Positions 36,101 to 45,859 of a stretch of 59,845 bases of DNA are shown here, one piece after another (position 1 is the first letter of the stretch; each line of letters opens with the position of its first letter). Under the pieces are notes generated by a model. That model made no database searches, was not told where the DNA came from, and saw only the letters and a list, made by a program, of their open reading frames with translations. Source of the DNA: an uncultured Verrucomicrobiota bacterium (GTDB lineage Bacteria > Verrucomicrobiota > Kiritimatiellia > RFP12 > UBA3636); contig CAMVRE010000003.1 in assembly GCA_947169825.1 (NCBI GenBank), positions 1-59,845 of the forward strand, written 5' to 3'. The position numbers and the translations under genes are program-made.

Positions 36101-38368
36101 AAGGTCGGCAATGCGCATGTGCGTCGTGCCCAGGACGTGGAAGACGACGGTCCGTCCGCCGTCGATCTCCGCCATCGCCGTGACGATGTCGGAGCCCTTG
36201 TCCGGCGTAAAGGCGCCGGGGACGAGGACCCGGAGGGGTTCTCCGGGCGTCGGGGGGGCGGCGAGCGATTCGAAGGCGGGGAAGTCCCGCCCGTGGGGGA
36301 CCACGCGGAAGTCGGCGTCCCGTGCCTTCAGGACGGGCAGAAGCGCCTCGAGGCGCGCCTTCGCGTCCGGCGAGGTCGTGACGAACGCGTCGCAGAACGG
36401 GGCGATCCGATCCTCGAACCGGCGCCTCCAGGCGGCGGCGAAGCCGGGGTCCAGAACCGGGCCGTCGGGCAGCAGGGGAATCCAGTCCAGGAACTTCGTC
36501 TCGCCGTCCTCGACGCCGTCCGGGTGGAAGCGCCGGCGCGAATCCAGGAGCTTCAGGGCGGGGCTTGCGGCGTAGTAGTCGTGGAAGGAGAAAACGACCG
36601 GGATGTGGAGCGCGCGCAGGCGGGGGAAGAACCCGGCGCTGCCGCGAAGGAGGTGGCGCACATGGACGATTTCGACGCCGAGGTCGAGAGCCCAGTCGAC
36701 GAGCGTATCGTCGTATTCGGCGAGGGAATGGGTGCCGAGCGGGACGAAGTCGGAAAGCGCGTGTTCGCGGATCGGTGCGGAACCGGGCCGAGATGCGTCG
36801 AGCAGTTTCATCCGCCGCCCGTCGCAGACCAGCACGAACGACTCGAACGAGCCGTCCAGGGCCCTGGCCAGATCGCAGGTGGTGTGGAACGTGCCGCCGT
36901 TCAGGACCCCTCCCAGGACGAACAGGAGGCGGGGCCGCGGCCGCAGACCGCCCGCGATGGAGGAGGCGACGAGGCGGAAGAGGGGCCGGGCCGCCTCCCA
37001 GCCGCGGAACCCGGCGGTCTGGAGGAAGTCCAGCTCCGGATAGCGCGCCCGGAGGATTGCGCCGGCCTTGCGGACGCGCTCGGATTTTTCCGCCGATCCG
37101 AAGGAGGCGGCGTTGAGGTGCCAGACGAACGAGCGCGGAACGATGCGGTGCGTCCATCCGCGGCGGCTGGCGCGGAGGCACAGGTCGTTCTCCTCCCCGT
37201 ATCCCTTGCCGAACGTCTCTTCGTCGAAGCACCCGACGTCGTCGAGCATGGCGCGCTTGAGATACAGGCAGAAGCCGTGGCCGGTGTGCCAGTCGAACAC
37301 GGCGTCCGGCCCGTGCATCCACCCGCGGGCGACCTGCGCCACGGAGAGATGCGGCGGCATTCCGTTGAAACCGGCCTCGGGAACGGAAACGGCGCCGGAG
37401 TTGTTCGAGACGGCCGTGGCGCTGCCGATCCGGTCGTCGCCGTAGGCGGCGAGCCGGAGCGTGTCGGACCAGCGGGGGGAGACGACCGTGTCGTTGTTGA
37501 GAAGGATGACGTCCCGGCGCCCGGCGGCGCGGATGCCGTGGTTGCATGCGCCGGCGAATCCGGCGTTCTCGTCGAGGCATTCGACCCGGACGCGTTCCGG
37601 GTAGGCGGCGGCGAGCCGCCGGAGCATCGGGCGGACGCTCGGGTCGCGGCTGCCGTTCTCGACGAAAAGCAGGAGGACGTCCGGCGGCGTGTGCTCGAGG
37701 AGCGACGCAACGAGCGGCGGCAGGAGCTCCGGGTGGTCGTAGACCGGGACGACAACGGCGAGCGGAGCCATGGGCGCGGCCTGGGCGCGGGCGCGGCGGA
37801 CGGACGCGGCGCGGACCTCCGAGCCGAACCGCACCGGGCGCAGAATGTCCATCAGCTCCAGCGAACTGGCGGCGGTGGGGCGGACGCCCGTTCCGAAGCG
37901 CCCGGCGTGTGCGACCAGCGGATTGGCGGAGGGGGGATCGTCGTCGTCGTCGCAGCCCGCATCGGCGGCGGCGGCGATGGCGGCGTCGAGGAACCGGTCC
38001 GCGACGCGCCGCCGCGTCCGCCATCCGTCGAGGCAATAGTCGAGCAGGGGCGAGGAGAAATGGATGGACGACACCTGCGGATGCGCCCAGCAATAGTAGT
38101 CGCGGTCGAACAGGCCCGACCGGCGGGTGGCGAGGACGTCCTCGAGGAGGCGGATGCCGGCCAGCCGATCCTTCCGGAACGCGTCGAAAAGCCCGCGAAG
38201 CATGCCGATGGAGGAACCGAGCCGCTGGAGAATCCGGTCCCGCCGGGAGAATCCCGCCCGAAAGGCGGCCAGTCCGGCCGGTTCCCCGGACTCGACCAGG
38301 GGAGGGCGGGCCGCCCCGCGGTCGCAGGTCGGGGGCGGATCCGTGGCTGGGGTCTTCGGGCGTTCCAT
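33107..38368 (-). CDS. Giant multidomain glycosyltransferase: GT2 + GT4-like + DUF616-like + asparagine-synthase-like domain
   Basis: VVVPVY..GFAGACNHG..ILLNNDT (GT2); H..G..FSFHDYY..PET(W)C.TL.E.W (GT-B); VVYTAI.GGYE..WIDGN..RRDQISFP (DUF616); LTAGYDSR (adenylation PP-loop-like). Start at ATG 38368, 10 nt after the -10 box. Confidence 0.8.
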   Translation of the reverse strand: MERPKTPATDPPPTCDRGAARPPLVESGEPAGLAAFRAGFSRRDRILQRLGSSIGMLRGLFDAFRKDRLAGIRLLEDVLATRRSGLFDRDYYCWAHPQVSSIHFSSPLLDYCLDGWRTRRRVADRFLDAAIAAAADAGCDDDDDPPSANPLVAHAGRFGTGVRPTAASSLELMDILRPVRFGSEVRAASVRRARAQAAPMAPLAVVVPVYDHPELLPPLVASLLEHTPPDVLLLFVENGSRDPSVRPMLRRLAAAYPERVRVECLDENAGFAGACNHGIRAAGRRDVILLNNDTVVSPRWSDTLRLAAYGDDRIGSATAVSNNSGAVSVPEAGFNGMPPHLSVAQVARGWMHGPDAVFDWHTGHGFCLYLKRAMLDDVGCFDEETFGKGYGEENDLCLRASRRGWTHRIVPRSFVWHLNAASFGSAEKSERVRKAGAILRARYPELDFLQTAGFRGWEAARPLFRLVASSIAGGLRPRPRLLFVLGGVLNGGTFHTTCDLARALDGSFESFVLVCDGRRMKLLDASRPGSAPIREHALSDFVPLGTHSLAEYDDTLVDWALDLGVEIVHVRHLLRGSAGFFPRLRALHIPVVFSFHDYYAASPALKLLDSRRRFHPDGVEDGETKFLDWIPLLPDGPVLDPGFAAAWRRRFEDRIAPFCDAFVTTSPDAKARLEALLPVLKARDADFRVVPHGRDFPAFESLAAPPTPGEPLRVLVPGAFTPDKGSDIVTAMAEIDGGRTVVFHVLGTTHMRIADLARPGLVFHGPYARNDFSARVREIRPSFAAILSPWPETWCHTLTECWAAGLPVFAFDLGAPGERLRSECAGGGRLLPPDATPDSILAAIREAAGSPAAFERAAEAVRAWQNGEGARNTVCRMAARYIDLYCSLLDHSAAGAVAGPPAPFAAEKTRDETPADPAALDRTDLSPAGTVRLSGFPLPRPDEARVLLLARLCGARLSLDETAANNDVWRTDGVRHHAWLAAAGDISKPRRPAIDSDGFPDFRIPAWVPVPDWLRDARLEVWRKARAGRAAPARHVVYTAIAGGYETLKLPEAPDPETDYIYFAPAPAAEEGPWTYRPFEWTDEDPTRTARWHKLHAPDLFPDAETVVWIDGNITLLPGVEREIREKLLAGPNPIATLRHFDRDNIRDEVETCVFYGNDDPALLRAQAARYLAVGLPERHPFAETTIVALRPTDPRVRAVFATWWEELAAGSRRDQISFPFALWKHGADFTPLFDRDIRLAADKVHFGTHAGLSQSAPCIHTRQFILSRRRFDRHDFRHLELPDGFILSYHPDLRVRATSDRRTVLLGLAWSCDPAVPDPLSAAAACETDGALERVLDAWSGRWLLLRDGRLRMDACGLLGVFFRGGDCSSSLALLDEHLGLHPRSPGLKHQFGGMDFYPGPLTPQPGVLRLLPCQGLDFSSGTPFERPPEPPAPAFHTNEARIAAVIDAFDVLLRRIAADYPGRVQLPLTAGYDSRTLAALLEHAGVEYGTFTMDHRRLRIGDRDVPPRLAAILGRPHRFVPRTGSPNPALYRLYDEHCAGLAVDEDRNFFAFGQYPHSALKRRRIAVLRGGVWESVREYFRETHHFLQTAQDIREFTSAFLNVRYRTDLQRAYSAWLEHCRAVPSELDPVDRYYLEQRAGSWLSSVEQSLDIIPGMDSIQPCNCRRILSILRSFPREDRIKAAHQVAIIRSVCPSLLEEPFQGDRSYVHGDPKRPPATIWALLSRKKDTLRTYLRCLGLRGTIQLLLDERK

Positions 38369-38378
38369 CGGAGCGGTG

Positions 38379-38407
38379 ATTCTAGGGCAAAACAGGTCGT
38401 TTCGCAA
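38379..38407 (-). promoter_or_regulatory. Promoter of the giant GT operon
   Basis: On the minus strand: TTGCGA, 17 bp, TAGAAT. Confidence 0.65.
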
Positions 38408-38421
38408 CCCAAATATTGCAA

Positions 38422-38450
38422 TTGCGCCCGCCGTGCCGTTCTGATAGAAT
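38422..38450 (+). promoter_or_regulatory. Divergent promoter of the GT2-RgpF operon
   Basis: TTGCGC (38422-38427), 17 bp, TG-A-TAGAAT (38442-38450). Confidence 0.7.
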
Positions 38451-38465
38451 CGCCCGCCGAAGGGC

Positions 38466-40427
38466 ATGAATGGAACAGACCAGGGGACATTCCGGGCGGA
38501 CGCGGATCGCGCGCTTGCGAGTCAAGCGGCGGAACGACGGGGCGAAGTCGAGTTTCTCGAGCGCCTGTGCCGGATCGAGCGGCGGCAGAAGGATGCCGCC
38601 ATCGAGGCTCTGAAGCGGTCGCTAAGCTGGCGCCTGACGGCGCCGCTGCGGCTGGCGGTGGAGGCGGCGGCCGCCCTGCGCCGGTTCGTTTTTCCCGTTC
38701 CGGCTCCGTTGCGCCCTCTTCCGCCGCGTCCCGCCTCGTCGCTGTTCGCCGCGCCGGAGGAGCTGGCGCGCCAGCGCGCCGCCGCGCCGCGAGGAGGCCT
38801 TTCGTTTTGCGTGGCCGTACCGCTCTCGGATCCGTCCGACGCGCGTCTCTCCGCGCTCCGCGACTCGCTGCTGGCCCAGACCTTTCCCGCGTGGGAGCTC
38901 TGCGCCGTGGATTCGTCGGGGCCGGAGGACGCCGCCCGCCACGAACGGATCCTTCGCGAGGACGCCGCCGCGGGCGACCGCATCCGGTTCTCCCGCGCCG
39001 CCGGCGGCGTCGCGGACCGGCTCTCCGCCGCGGTCGGCCTTTCCGCGGCGCCGCTGGTGCTGGTCCTCGGACAGGACGACCTTCCTGCGCCCGACGCCCT
39101 GTTCCGCTTCGCGGAGGCGTTCGCGTCCGCGGGCGATCCCGCGTTCGTCTATGCGAGCGGCCTGCTCGTGCGGGACGGGTTCCGGTTCGATCCGTCGAGC
39201 GTGCGGGACGTCGTCTCCGTGCTGCCGCGCCCGGACTTCTCCCTCGATGCGTTCCGCGGGCACGATTTCGTCGGCCGCGGCTTCGCCTGCCGCCGCGCGC
39301 GGCTCGAGGCGGCGGGCGGGTTCCGCGCGGAGGCGGGAAGCGCCGCGACGACGGATCTGCTCTTCCGGCTTTGCGAAACCGCCGGCGGCGGACCGGCGCA
39401 CATCGCGGCGCCGCTGCTCGCCGATGCGGCGCCCCTCGTCCCCGTCGTTCAGGACGGGGCGTCCGCCGAGGCGCGCGTCGCCGACGCGCGCCGGGCCCTC
39501 GAAGCCCATCTGGCCCGGACCGGCTTCGAGGCCCGCGTCGAGACGCCGAGCCCCGGCCGCGCGTTCTTCCGCGTCCGCCCGCCCCGGCCCGATCCGGCGC
39601 CGCTCGTCTCGATCGTGATTCCCAACCGCGAGAATCCGAACGTGCTGGAGACGTGCGTCCGCTCGATCCTTTCCCGGACCCTCTATCCGAACTACGAGGT
39701 CGTGATCGTCGAGAGCGGCAGCTCGAAGCCGGAGACGTTCGCGCTCTACGACCGGCTTTCGGAGGATCCGCGCGTCCGAGTCGTCCGGTTCCCGAAGAGG
39801 CCGGACGAACCGTTCAACTATTCGAAGAAGTGCAACTTCGGCGCGGCGCAGTGCCGCGGGGAGTTCCTCCTCATGCTCAACAGCGACACCGAGGCCGTCC
39901 TGCCGGACTGGATGGACGAGATGCTCGGTTTCGCCGCGCGCCCCGACGTCGGGGTCGTCGGCGCGCTGCTGCTCTTCGGGAACGCGACGGTCCAGCACGC
40001 CGGGCTCCGGCATCGGCCCGGCGGCCTGCCCGACCATATCGAGCGATCCGCCGCGGCGCTTTCGCCCGGCCGGATGGGCCGCCTGCTCCACGTGCAGGAG
40101 TACGAGGCGGTCACCTTCGCCTGCGCGATGGTTCGGACATCCGTCTGGGCGGAGCTCGGCGGACTCGACGAATCGTTCGCCGTCGCGTTCAACGACGTCG
40201 ATTTCTGCTACCGGGCCCGGGCGCGCGGCCTCAAGGTCGTGTGGACCCCGTTCGCGACGCTCTTCCACCACGAATCGCTTGTCCGCGGTTCGGACTTCGC
40301 CGGTCCCAACCGGGCGCGCTTCCTCGGCGAGATCGCGCACCTGCGCGAACGCTGGGGCGGCCTGCTGGCCCGCCCGGATCCCTTCTTCGACGATCTCGCC
40401 TTCACGTCCCTGCCCGGAATCCGGTAG
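38466..40427 (+). CDS. Two-domain GT2 glycosyltransferase (O-antigen/rhamnan-type)
   Basis: VSIVIPNR..VIVESGS..FNYSKKCN.GA..LMLNSD..GVVGALL..VTFACAMVR..FNDVDFC..HHES. The N-terminus has the S.SWRLTAPLR coiled-coil motif. Confidence 0.85.
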   Translation: MNGTDQGTFRADADRALASQAAERRGEVEFLERLCRIERRQKDAAIEALKRSLSWRLTAPLRLAVEAAAALRRFVFPVPAPLRPLPPRPASSLFAAPEELARQRAAAPRGGLSFCVAVPLSDPSDARLSALRDSLLAQTFPAWELCAVDSSGPEDAARHERILREDAAAGDRIRFSRAAGGVADRLSAAVGLSAAPLVLVLGQDDLPAPDALFRFAEAFASAGDPAFVYASGLLVRDGFRFDPSSVRDVVSVLPRPDFSLDAFRGHDFVGRGFACRRARLEAAGGFRAEAGSAATTDLLFRLCETAGGGPAHIAAPLLADAAPLVPVVQDGASAEARVADARRALEAHLARTGFEARVETPSPGRAFFRVRPPRPDPAPLVSIVIPNRENPNVLETCVRSILSRTLYPNYEVVIVESGSSKPETFALYDRLSEDPRVRVVRFPKRPDEPFNYSKKCNFGAAQCRGEFLLMLNSDTEAVLPDWMDEMLGFAARPDVGVVGALLLFGNATVQHAGLRHRPGGLPDHIERSAAALSPGRMGRLLHVQEYEAVTFACAMVRTSVWAELGGLDESFAVAFNDVDFCYRARARGLKVVWTPFATLFHHESLVRGSDFAGPNRARFLGEIAHLRERWGGLLARPDPFFDDLAFTSLPGIR

Positions 40428-40431
40428 CGCC

Positions 40432-41742
40432 ATGCCGTTCCGTCCTTTCGAACCGTTCGCCGCCTTCGCCCGGATCGTCCGGCGCGACGGTCTCGCCGTC
40501 TTCCCCAAGGCGGCGAAATACGCCTTCTCCCCGACCGCGTGGCGCTGGCTGCTGTGCGGGGGGGCGGGGGCCGCCCGCGGCGTCGCCGAGGCGGACGTCG
40601 AGACGATCCGCGCGTCGCGCTGGTTCGATGCGGAGTGGTATCTGCGGAAGTATCCCGACGTGCGGCGCTCCGGCGTCGATCCGGCCGCCCATTACGCCGA
40701 GTTCGGACGAGGCGGAGGCTTCGATCCGGGGCCGTATTTTTCGTCGGAGGAGTATCTCCGGCTCAACGAGGACGTTCGCGTCGGCGGCGACAATCCCCTC
40801 GTCCACTTCGAGCGGTGCGGCCGGGCGGAAGGCCGCCCGATTTCGGCCATCCAGTGCCGGAGGACCGCCTTTCCCGAGGGGGCGATCGAAACCGAGCGCC
40901 CGTTCCCCGCCCCTCCGCGCCGCCATCGGCGCGTCGCCGTGTTCGCCGCCTTCTTCCCGGACGGGCGGATTCCGGAGACGACGCTTTGCTACCTGCGGGG
41001 CCTGCGCGAAGTCGCGGACGACATCCTTCTCTTCGCCAACTGCCCGGTGTTCCCGGACGAGCTCCGCAAGCTGGACGGGCTGGTCCGCCACGCCGGGTTC
41101 CGCGTCCACGGCGGGCACGACTTCCTTTCCTATCGACTCGGATACGAGAAGGCCCGCGAGCTCGGGCTGCTCGACGCGGCGGCGACCGACGAGCTGATCC
41201 TCGCGAACGACTCGTGCTACGGGCCGGTGTTCCCGTTCCCGGAATGCTTCGCGAAGATGGCGGGCCGCCCGTGCGACTTCTGGGGCATGACCGCGAACGC
41301 CGGCGCGTACCGCTCGGAGCATGTCCAGTCCTTCTTCTTCGTGTTCCGACGCCCCGTGCTGGACGGAACCGCGCTCGGCCGGTTCCTCGGCGGCGTCGAG
41401 GTCCTCGGATCGAGATGGGAGGTCGTCCGCCGCTACGAGGTCGGCTTCACCGCCGCGCTCGAGGAGGCCGGATACGCGTGGGACACGCTCGTGCCGCGGG
41501 ACTTTTCCGCCCGGCATGGCGGGGACATGGCGATGCGGCGCGTCCTCGAAACGCTTTCCGTCCACGGCATGCCGCTCGTGAAGGCGAAGGGACTGGACAC
41601 CTACATGGTCGACGACCGGGACGCCGTCCTCGACTTCATCCGGGCGCGCAATCCGGCGCTCGCGGCGGCCATCCCGCCGCCGCCGCCGCCCGTGGACTAC
41701 GAGGCGGTGCGCCGTCTTCGCAAGGAGGCCGCCCAACCATGA
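40432..41742 (+). CDS. RgpF (rhamnan synthesis F)-like protein
   Basis: FDAEWYL..YPDV..DP..HY repeats, followed by ILANDSCYGP, DFWG, HVQSFFFVF and YEVG motifs. Confidence 0.8.
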   Translation: MPFRPFEPFAAFARIVRRDGLAVFPKAAKYAFSPTAWRWLLCGGAGAARGVAEADVETIRASRWFDAEWYLRKYPDVRRSGVDPAAHYAEFGRGGGFDPGPYFSSEEYLRLNEDVRVGGDNPLVHFERCGRAEGRPISAIQCRRTAFPEGAIETERPFPAPPRRHRRVAVFAAFFPDGRIPETTLCYLRGLREVADDILLFANCPVFPDELRKLDGLVRHAGFRVHGGHDFLSYRLGYEKARELGLLDAAATDELILANDSCYGPVFPFPECFAKMAGRPCDFWGMTANAGAYRSEHVQSFFFVFRRPVLDGTALGRFLGGVEVLGSRWEVVRRYEVGFTAALEEAGYAWDTLVPRDFSARHGGDMAMRRVLETLSVHGMPLVKAKGLDTYMVDDRDAVLDFIRARNPALAAAIPPPPPPVDYEAVRRLRKEAAQP

Positions 41743-43679
41743 AACGGCTGTCTTCCTTTTTCCTTTCCCTGCTGCGACTGCTGCAGCGCGACGGTCTTCT
41801 GTTCTTTGCAAAATGCATTCGCTACGCGGCGTCCCCGAAGGCGTGGCGGTGGGTGCTCGGCGGCGTGGATGGCGCCGACCCGTCCTTTCCCAGAACGCTC
41901 CGCGATGACGCAAGGGCCGTCGCCCGCTCCCCCTGGTTCGACGCGGCGTGGATCCTGCGCGAGTATCCCGGCGCGGCGGCGGCGCGATGCGCCCCGGCGG
42001 AGTGGTATCTGCGCCAGTCGAATCCGGTTCTCGTCCATCCGGGACCGGAATTTTCCGACGACGAGTATCTGGCCCTGAACTTCGACGCCTTTCTGGTCGG
42101 CGCGCAGCCTCTGCTCCATTTCGACCGTTCCTGCAAGACGGAATCGCGGCAGGTGTCGTTTTTGGAGGAGGGTTCTTCGTTTCCGGCGCAAGCTCGTCCG
42201 ATGCGAATCTCCTTCGGCGTCATGCCGAAGCGAAGCGGAAGAACGGCGATCTTCGCGGCCTTTTCCGGCGACGGCCGGGTGTCCGAACGGGCGCTTCACT
42301 ACATGCGCGGCCTGCGGGAAGTGGCGGACCACATCGTATACGTCTCGAACAGTCCGATTCTTCCTGGAGAGGAGAACAAACTGCGCGGTCTGGTCGCGGA
42401 AGCGCTCTGCGAATTCCACGGGGAGTACGATTTCGGCTCCTGGAAGCGCGGCTGGGGAATCGCCCGCGAAAAAGGACTGCTCGCCGCCGACAGGGTCCAC
42501 GAGGCGATTCTCGCCAACGATTCCTGCTACGGTCCCGTCTTCCCCTTCGGAGAGGCATTCGACAAAATGTCGGAACGGAGTTGCGACTTCTGGGGCCTTG
42601 CGGCGAACGTTCCTTCCAAAAGCTCGAAAATCGGTGGCCAGAGAGAACACATCCAGTCCTATTTCATGGTCTTCCGGCGCCGGCTCCTCGACGCCGACGC
42701 CGTCGACCGCTTCCTCGGCGGCGTCGAACGGCTCGGCGACAGGCTCCGCGTCATCGAGCGCTACGAGACCCGCCTCACGGCGGCCCTCGCGGCGGAGGGC
42801 TTTTCGTGGGATACGTATCTTCCGCGCGAATACTACCGGAAAGTGCGCGGCGATCCGTCCATGAAAAAGCCTCTTTCGGCCATGCGGAGGTATCGGATGC
42901 CCCTGCTGAAGGCGAAGGCGCTCGGCCCCGACGCCGACGAGCCCGCGGAGGAGACCCTGGCGTTCGTGCGTTCGGTCAACCCCGAACTGGGCCGGCTCGT
43001 CTCCCCGGCGGCGTTCCGGCCCGTGCCCTCCGCGGAGCGGCACGCCCGGATCGCCGCCCTGTCGAAGGCCCATCCCGACGCCCTCGACAGGAACGCCGCC
43101 CGCCTTCGGTCCCGGATCGCGGAGGGCGAGAGGCCCGAGGCGCTGTTTCTGGTGTCATCGGCGGACGGCTTTGCCGCCGCCGGCGCCTTCGAGGCCCTGC
43201 TGGGCCGGCGCGATCCGTCGTTCGCGCCGCGCATCCGCGTCGTGCCGGATTGCCGCGAAGACGATGTTTCCGGAAGGATGGCCCGGTGCCTGGAGCGGCT
43301 GGAGGCGCGGTATCCGGACGCGGACGTCCGCGCCGCGAAGCGGGACGACGACGGCTTCTGGAAGGACGCGATCGGCGGCGCCGCCGTCGTCTTCTACCCC
43401 ACGGCGGCCCATGCCTTCCCGTATCTCTACGCGCCGCGCTGGTCGGTGGGCCGCGGCTTTCTTCCGATTCTCGTGTTCGATGCGTCTCTTGCCGGTCCGG
43501 GACCCTTGGAGACGGAGCTCGCCCGGCAGAACTATGCCTACTTCTGGAAGGTCGTCTTCACGGACCGCGCCGCGTTCGACGCCTATGCCGACCGCTCGAT
43601 CAGGAAAGGGGCGAACGCCATGTTCGCGACGTCCCCGGAGGATGCTTTTTCCGCGCTGATGGGAGAGTTCCAGCCATGA
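41739..43679 (+). CDS. RgpF-like protein with an additional C-terminal domain
   Basis: GEYDFGSW, ILANDSCYGP, DFWG and HIQSYFMVF motifs. ATGA-coupled at both ends. Confidence 0.8.
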   Translation: MKRLSSFFLSLLRLLQRDGLLFFAKCIRYAASPKAWRWVLGGVDGADPSFPRTLRDDARAVARSPWFDAAWILREYPGAAAARCAPAEWYLRQSNPVLVHPGPEFSDDEYLALNFDAFLVGAQPLLHFDRSCKTESRQVSFLEEGSSFPAQARPMRISFGVMPKRSGRTAIFAAFSGDGRVSERALHYMRGLREVADHIVYVSNSPILPGEENKLRGLVAEALCEFHGEYDFGSWKRGWGIAREKGLLAADRVHEAILANDSCYGPVFPFGEAFDKMSERSCDFWGLAANVPSKSSKIGGQREHIQSYFMVFRRRLLDADAVDRFLGGVERLGDRLRVIERYETRLTAALAAEGFSWDTYLPREYYRKVRGDPSMKKPLSAMRRYRMPLLKAKALGPDADEPAEETLAFVRSVNPELGRLVSPAAFRPVPSAERHARIAALSKAHPDALDRNAARLRSRIAEGERPEALFLVSSADGFAAAGAFEALLGRRDPSFAPRIRVVPDCREDDVSGRMARCLERLEARYPDADVRAAKRDDDGFWKDAIGGAAVVFYPTAAHAFPYLYAPRWSVGRGFLPILVFDASLAGPGPLETELARQNYAYFWKVVFTDRAAFDAYADRSIRKGANAMFATSPEDAFSALMGEFQP

Positions 43680-45859
43680 CGATCGATGATTTCCGCACGG
43701 TTCCTCGCAAGGGATCGTTCTCCTTCCGAGACGCGTGGAGGCTCGCGGCCGCCGTGTCCGCGGGCCTTGCCGCGGCGGCGGCGGTCTGCTCCTTCGTCCG
43801 TGTTCCCGGCTGGCTCGAGGCCGACGTCTGGTCCTGGCGGCGGTTCGCCGCCAGGACGCTTCTGCTTTCCGTCCCCCTGTCCGCCCTGGCCCTCCACTTG
43901 TTCTGGCCGGCGGAACGCATCTGGGGCTTTGTCGACCGCAACCGCTTCCGCATCGCGGCCGCCATCCTCTTCGTCGCGACGCTTCTGGAGCTGAACGGCT
44001 CGTCCATCGGGATGTGGAACCAGTATCTGCCCAACGACAAGGCCGCGGCTCCGCTCTTCGGCGTCCCGCGGGGGATCCGGTCGGACGAATGGGCCGTCTT
44101 CACGCCCATGACGCTGGCGCAGTCGTTCGCCCGGCCGTCCTGGCCGTACTTCAACGACATCCCCCGCGCCGCCCGGACGGACATGTTCTCCGTCTACGCG
44201 CAGCCCGTCCGGCATCCCCTGGTCGTCTTCCGTCCGTTCCTCGCCGGACACGTCCTGTTCGGCTTCAGGCGCGGGCTCGCGTTCTTCTGGGTCGGGCGAT
44301 GGCTCGCCCTTCTCCTGGCCGCCTACGAACTCTTCAAGCTGCTGACCGACGGCAGCAAGGCGCTTTCCGGCGCAGCGGCGGCATTGATCCTGTTCTCCCC
44401 CGTCGTCCAATGGTGGGGCGCGATCAACGCATTGGCGGAGATGCTGGTCTTCGGGTCGCTGTTCGTGGTCTGCCTGGATCGGTTCATGACGGGGCGAACG
44501 CTCCGCGACCGATGGCTGCCCATCGCCGGGATGGCGTATTGCGGCGTCGCCTACGCGATGACGCTCTATCCGGCCGCGATGGTACCGCTCGCCTACGCCT
44601 TCGCGGCCCTTTCGCTCTGGACGGTTCTCCGGCGCGCGAAAGGGTTCCGCGCGGACGCCGCAACGTGGGCCTTCGCGGCCCTTGCCGCGCTCGTGGCGGC
44701 CGGGTGCCTGGGCTGGTACCTCCATCTTTCCGGGGACGCGTTCCGCACAACCGCCGGAACGGTGTATCCGGGGAGTCGCTTCCATTGCGGGGGAGGAGCG
44801 AAGGCCTGGCACCTGTGCCGGTCGTGGGGCGATTTGTTCCTCCCGTGGACCTCCGACGGAGCCCTGAATTCGTTCGAGCTTTCGGCGTTCTTCGACTTCT
44901 TCCCCCTTGGGCTCGGTCTTGCGGTCTTCCTGTTCGTCCGGCGCGGCGTTCGCGACCTGGCCAGCCTGCTGCTGGTCGCGGTGTCCCTTCTTCTGGGGCT
45001 GTATTGTCTCGTCGGTCTGCCGCATGGGGCGGCGGGGACGCTGCTGCTGTCGCGATCGACTCCGTCGCGGTCCCTCGTGGCGCTCGGTTTCGTCCAGCTG
45101 CTGTTGCTCGTCCGCTCCGTGTCGCTGCTCCGCCCGGTCCCTTCCGTCCGCCGGTCGCTCCTCTGTGCCGCGGCGTTCGCCGTCCTGGCCGTCTGGCTGT
45201 CCCGTCTGGCCTACCCGGCCTACCTGGGATGGCCGAGGCTTCTGGCGGTCGGCGTGGCCGCGGCGGCCTCCGCCTCGTTGCTGCTTCGGTTCTCCGCGTG
45301 GCCGCGGACGGCGGCCTTCTTTTTCGTCGTCCTCGCCTTCGCCGCAGGCGGGTTCGTCAACCCCGTCCAGCGGGGCGACGCGGGCGTCCTGTCGTCGGAT
45401 CTGGCGCGGACGATCCGATCGATCGCCGAACGGGAGGGCGGCGCGTGGGCGGTGGACGGGGAAACCCTTCCGATGAACCAGTATCCCCTTCTCGTCGGCG
45501 CTCCGACGGTCAATGCGGGGAACGTCTATCCCGTCCTGGAGCGATGGGCGGAGGCCGATCCGGACGGGAAGGACCGGCAGACGTGGAACCGCTATGCCGT
45601 CAGCATGCGGTTCGACGTTCGGCCGGACGGCGGCCCGTCCTTCCGGCCGCTTGTCCAGGACTCCTTCCAGTGCGACGTCCCCCTGGCCCTTCTCGGACGC
45701 TGGAACGTTCGCTGGGTGCTGAGCCGGCGAAGGGGGCTGAAGGGCCTGTCCGGGGGCGGCCTCCGGCTTCGCCGCGTCGCCAAGGCGTCGGGATGGTACG
45801 TCTATGCCGTCGAACCGAATCCGGAATCCACGGCCGATCCAGGGCCTACCGGTACCTGA
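43676..45859 (+). CDS. Polytopic GT-C-superfamily membrane glycosyltransferase (glycan side-chain decoration)
   Basis: More than 10 hydrophobic segments, a PRGIRSDEW acidic loop motif, TVYPGSR, and a C-terminal soluble domain. Confidence 0.65.
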   Translation: MTIDDFRTVPRKGSFSFRDAWRLAAAVSAGLAAAAAVCSFVRVPGWLEADVWSWRRFAARTLLLSVPLSALALHLFWPAERIWGFVDRNRFRIAAAILFVATLLELNGSSIGMWNQYLPNDKAAAPLFGVPRGIRSDEWAVFTPMTLAQSFARPSWPYFNDIPRAARTDMFSVYAQPVRHPLVVFRPFLAGHVLFGFRRGLAFFWVGRWLALLLAAYELFKLLTDGSKALSGAAAALILFSPVVQWWGAINALAEMLVFGSLFVVCLDRFMTGRTLRDRWLPIAGMAYCGVAYAMTLYPAAMVPLAYAFAALSLWTVLRRAKGFRADAATWAFAALAALVAAGCLGWYLHLSGDAFRTTAGTVYPGSRFHCGGGAKAWHLCRSWGDLFLPWTSDGALNSFELSAFFDFFPLGLGLAVFLFVRRGVRDLASLLLVAVSLLLGLYCLVGLPHGAAGTLLLSRSTPSRSLVALGFVQLLLLVRSVSLLRPVPSVRRSLLCAAAFAVLAVWLSRLAYPAYLGWPRLLAVGVAAAASASLLLRFSAWPRTAAFFFVVLAFAAGGFVNPVQRGDAGVLSSDLARTIRSIAEREGGAWAVDGETLPMNQYPLLVGAPTVNAGNVYPVLERWAEADPDGKDRQTWNRYAVSMRFDVRPDGGPSFRPLVQDSFQCDVPLALLGRWNVRWVLSRRRGLKGLSGGGLRLRRVAKASGWYVYAVEPNPESTADPGPTGT

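Noticed and set aside
34619-41197. 2192-aa plus-strand ORF and many other long Arg/Gly/Pro-rich ORFs (e.g. 891-3518, 22260-25133, 34527-38093, 53474-56029)
   Set aside because: These are shadow or antisense ORFs typical of high-GC DNA. They overlap well-supported genes, have no recognisable motifs and show skewed composition.
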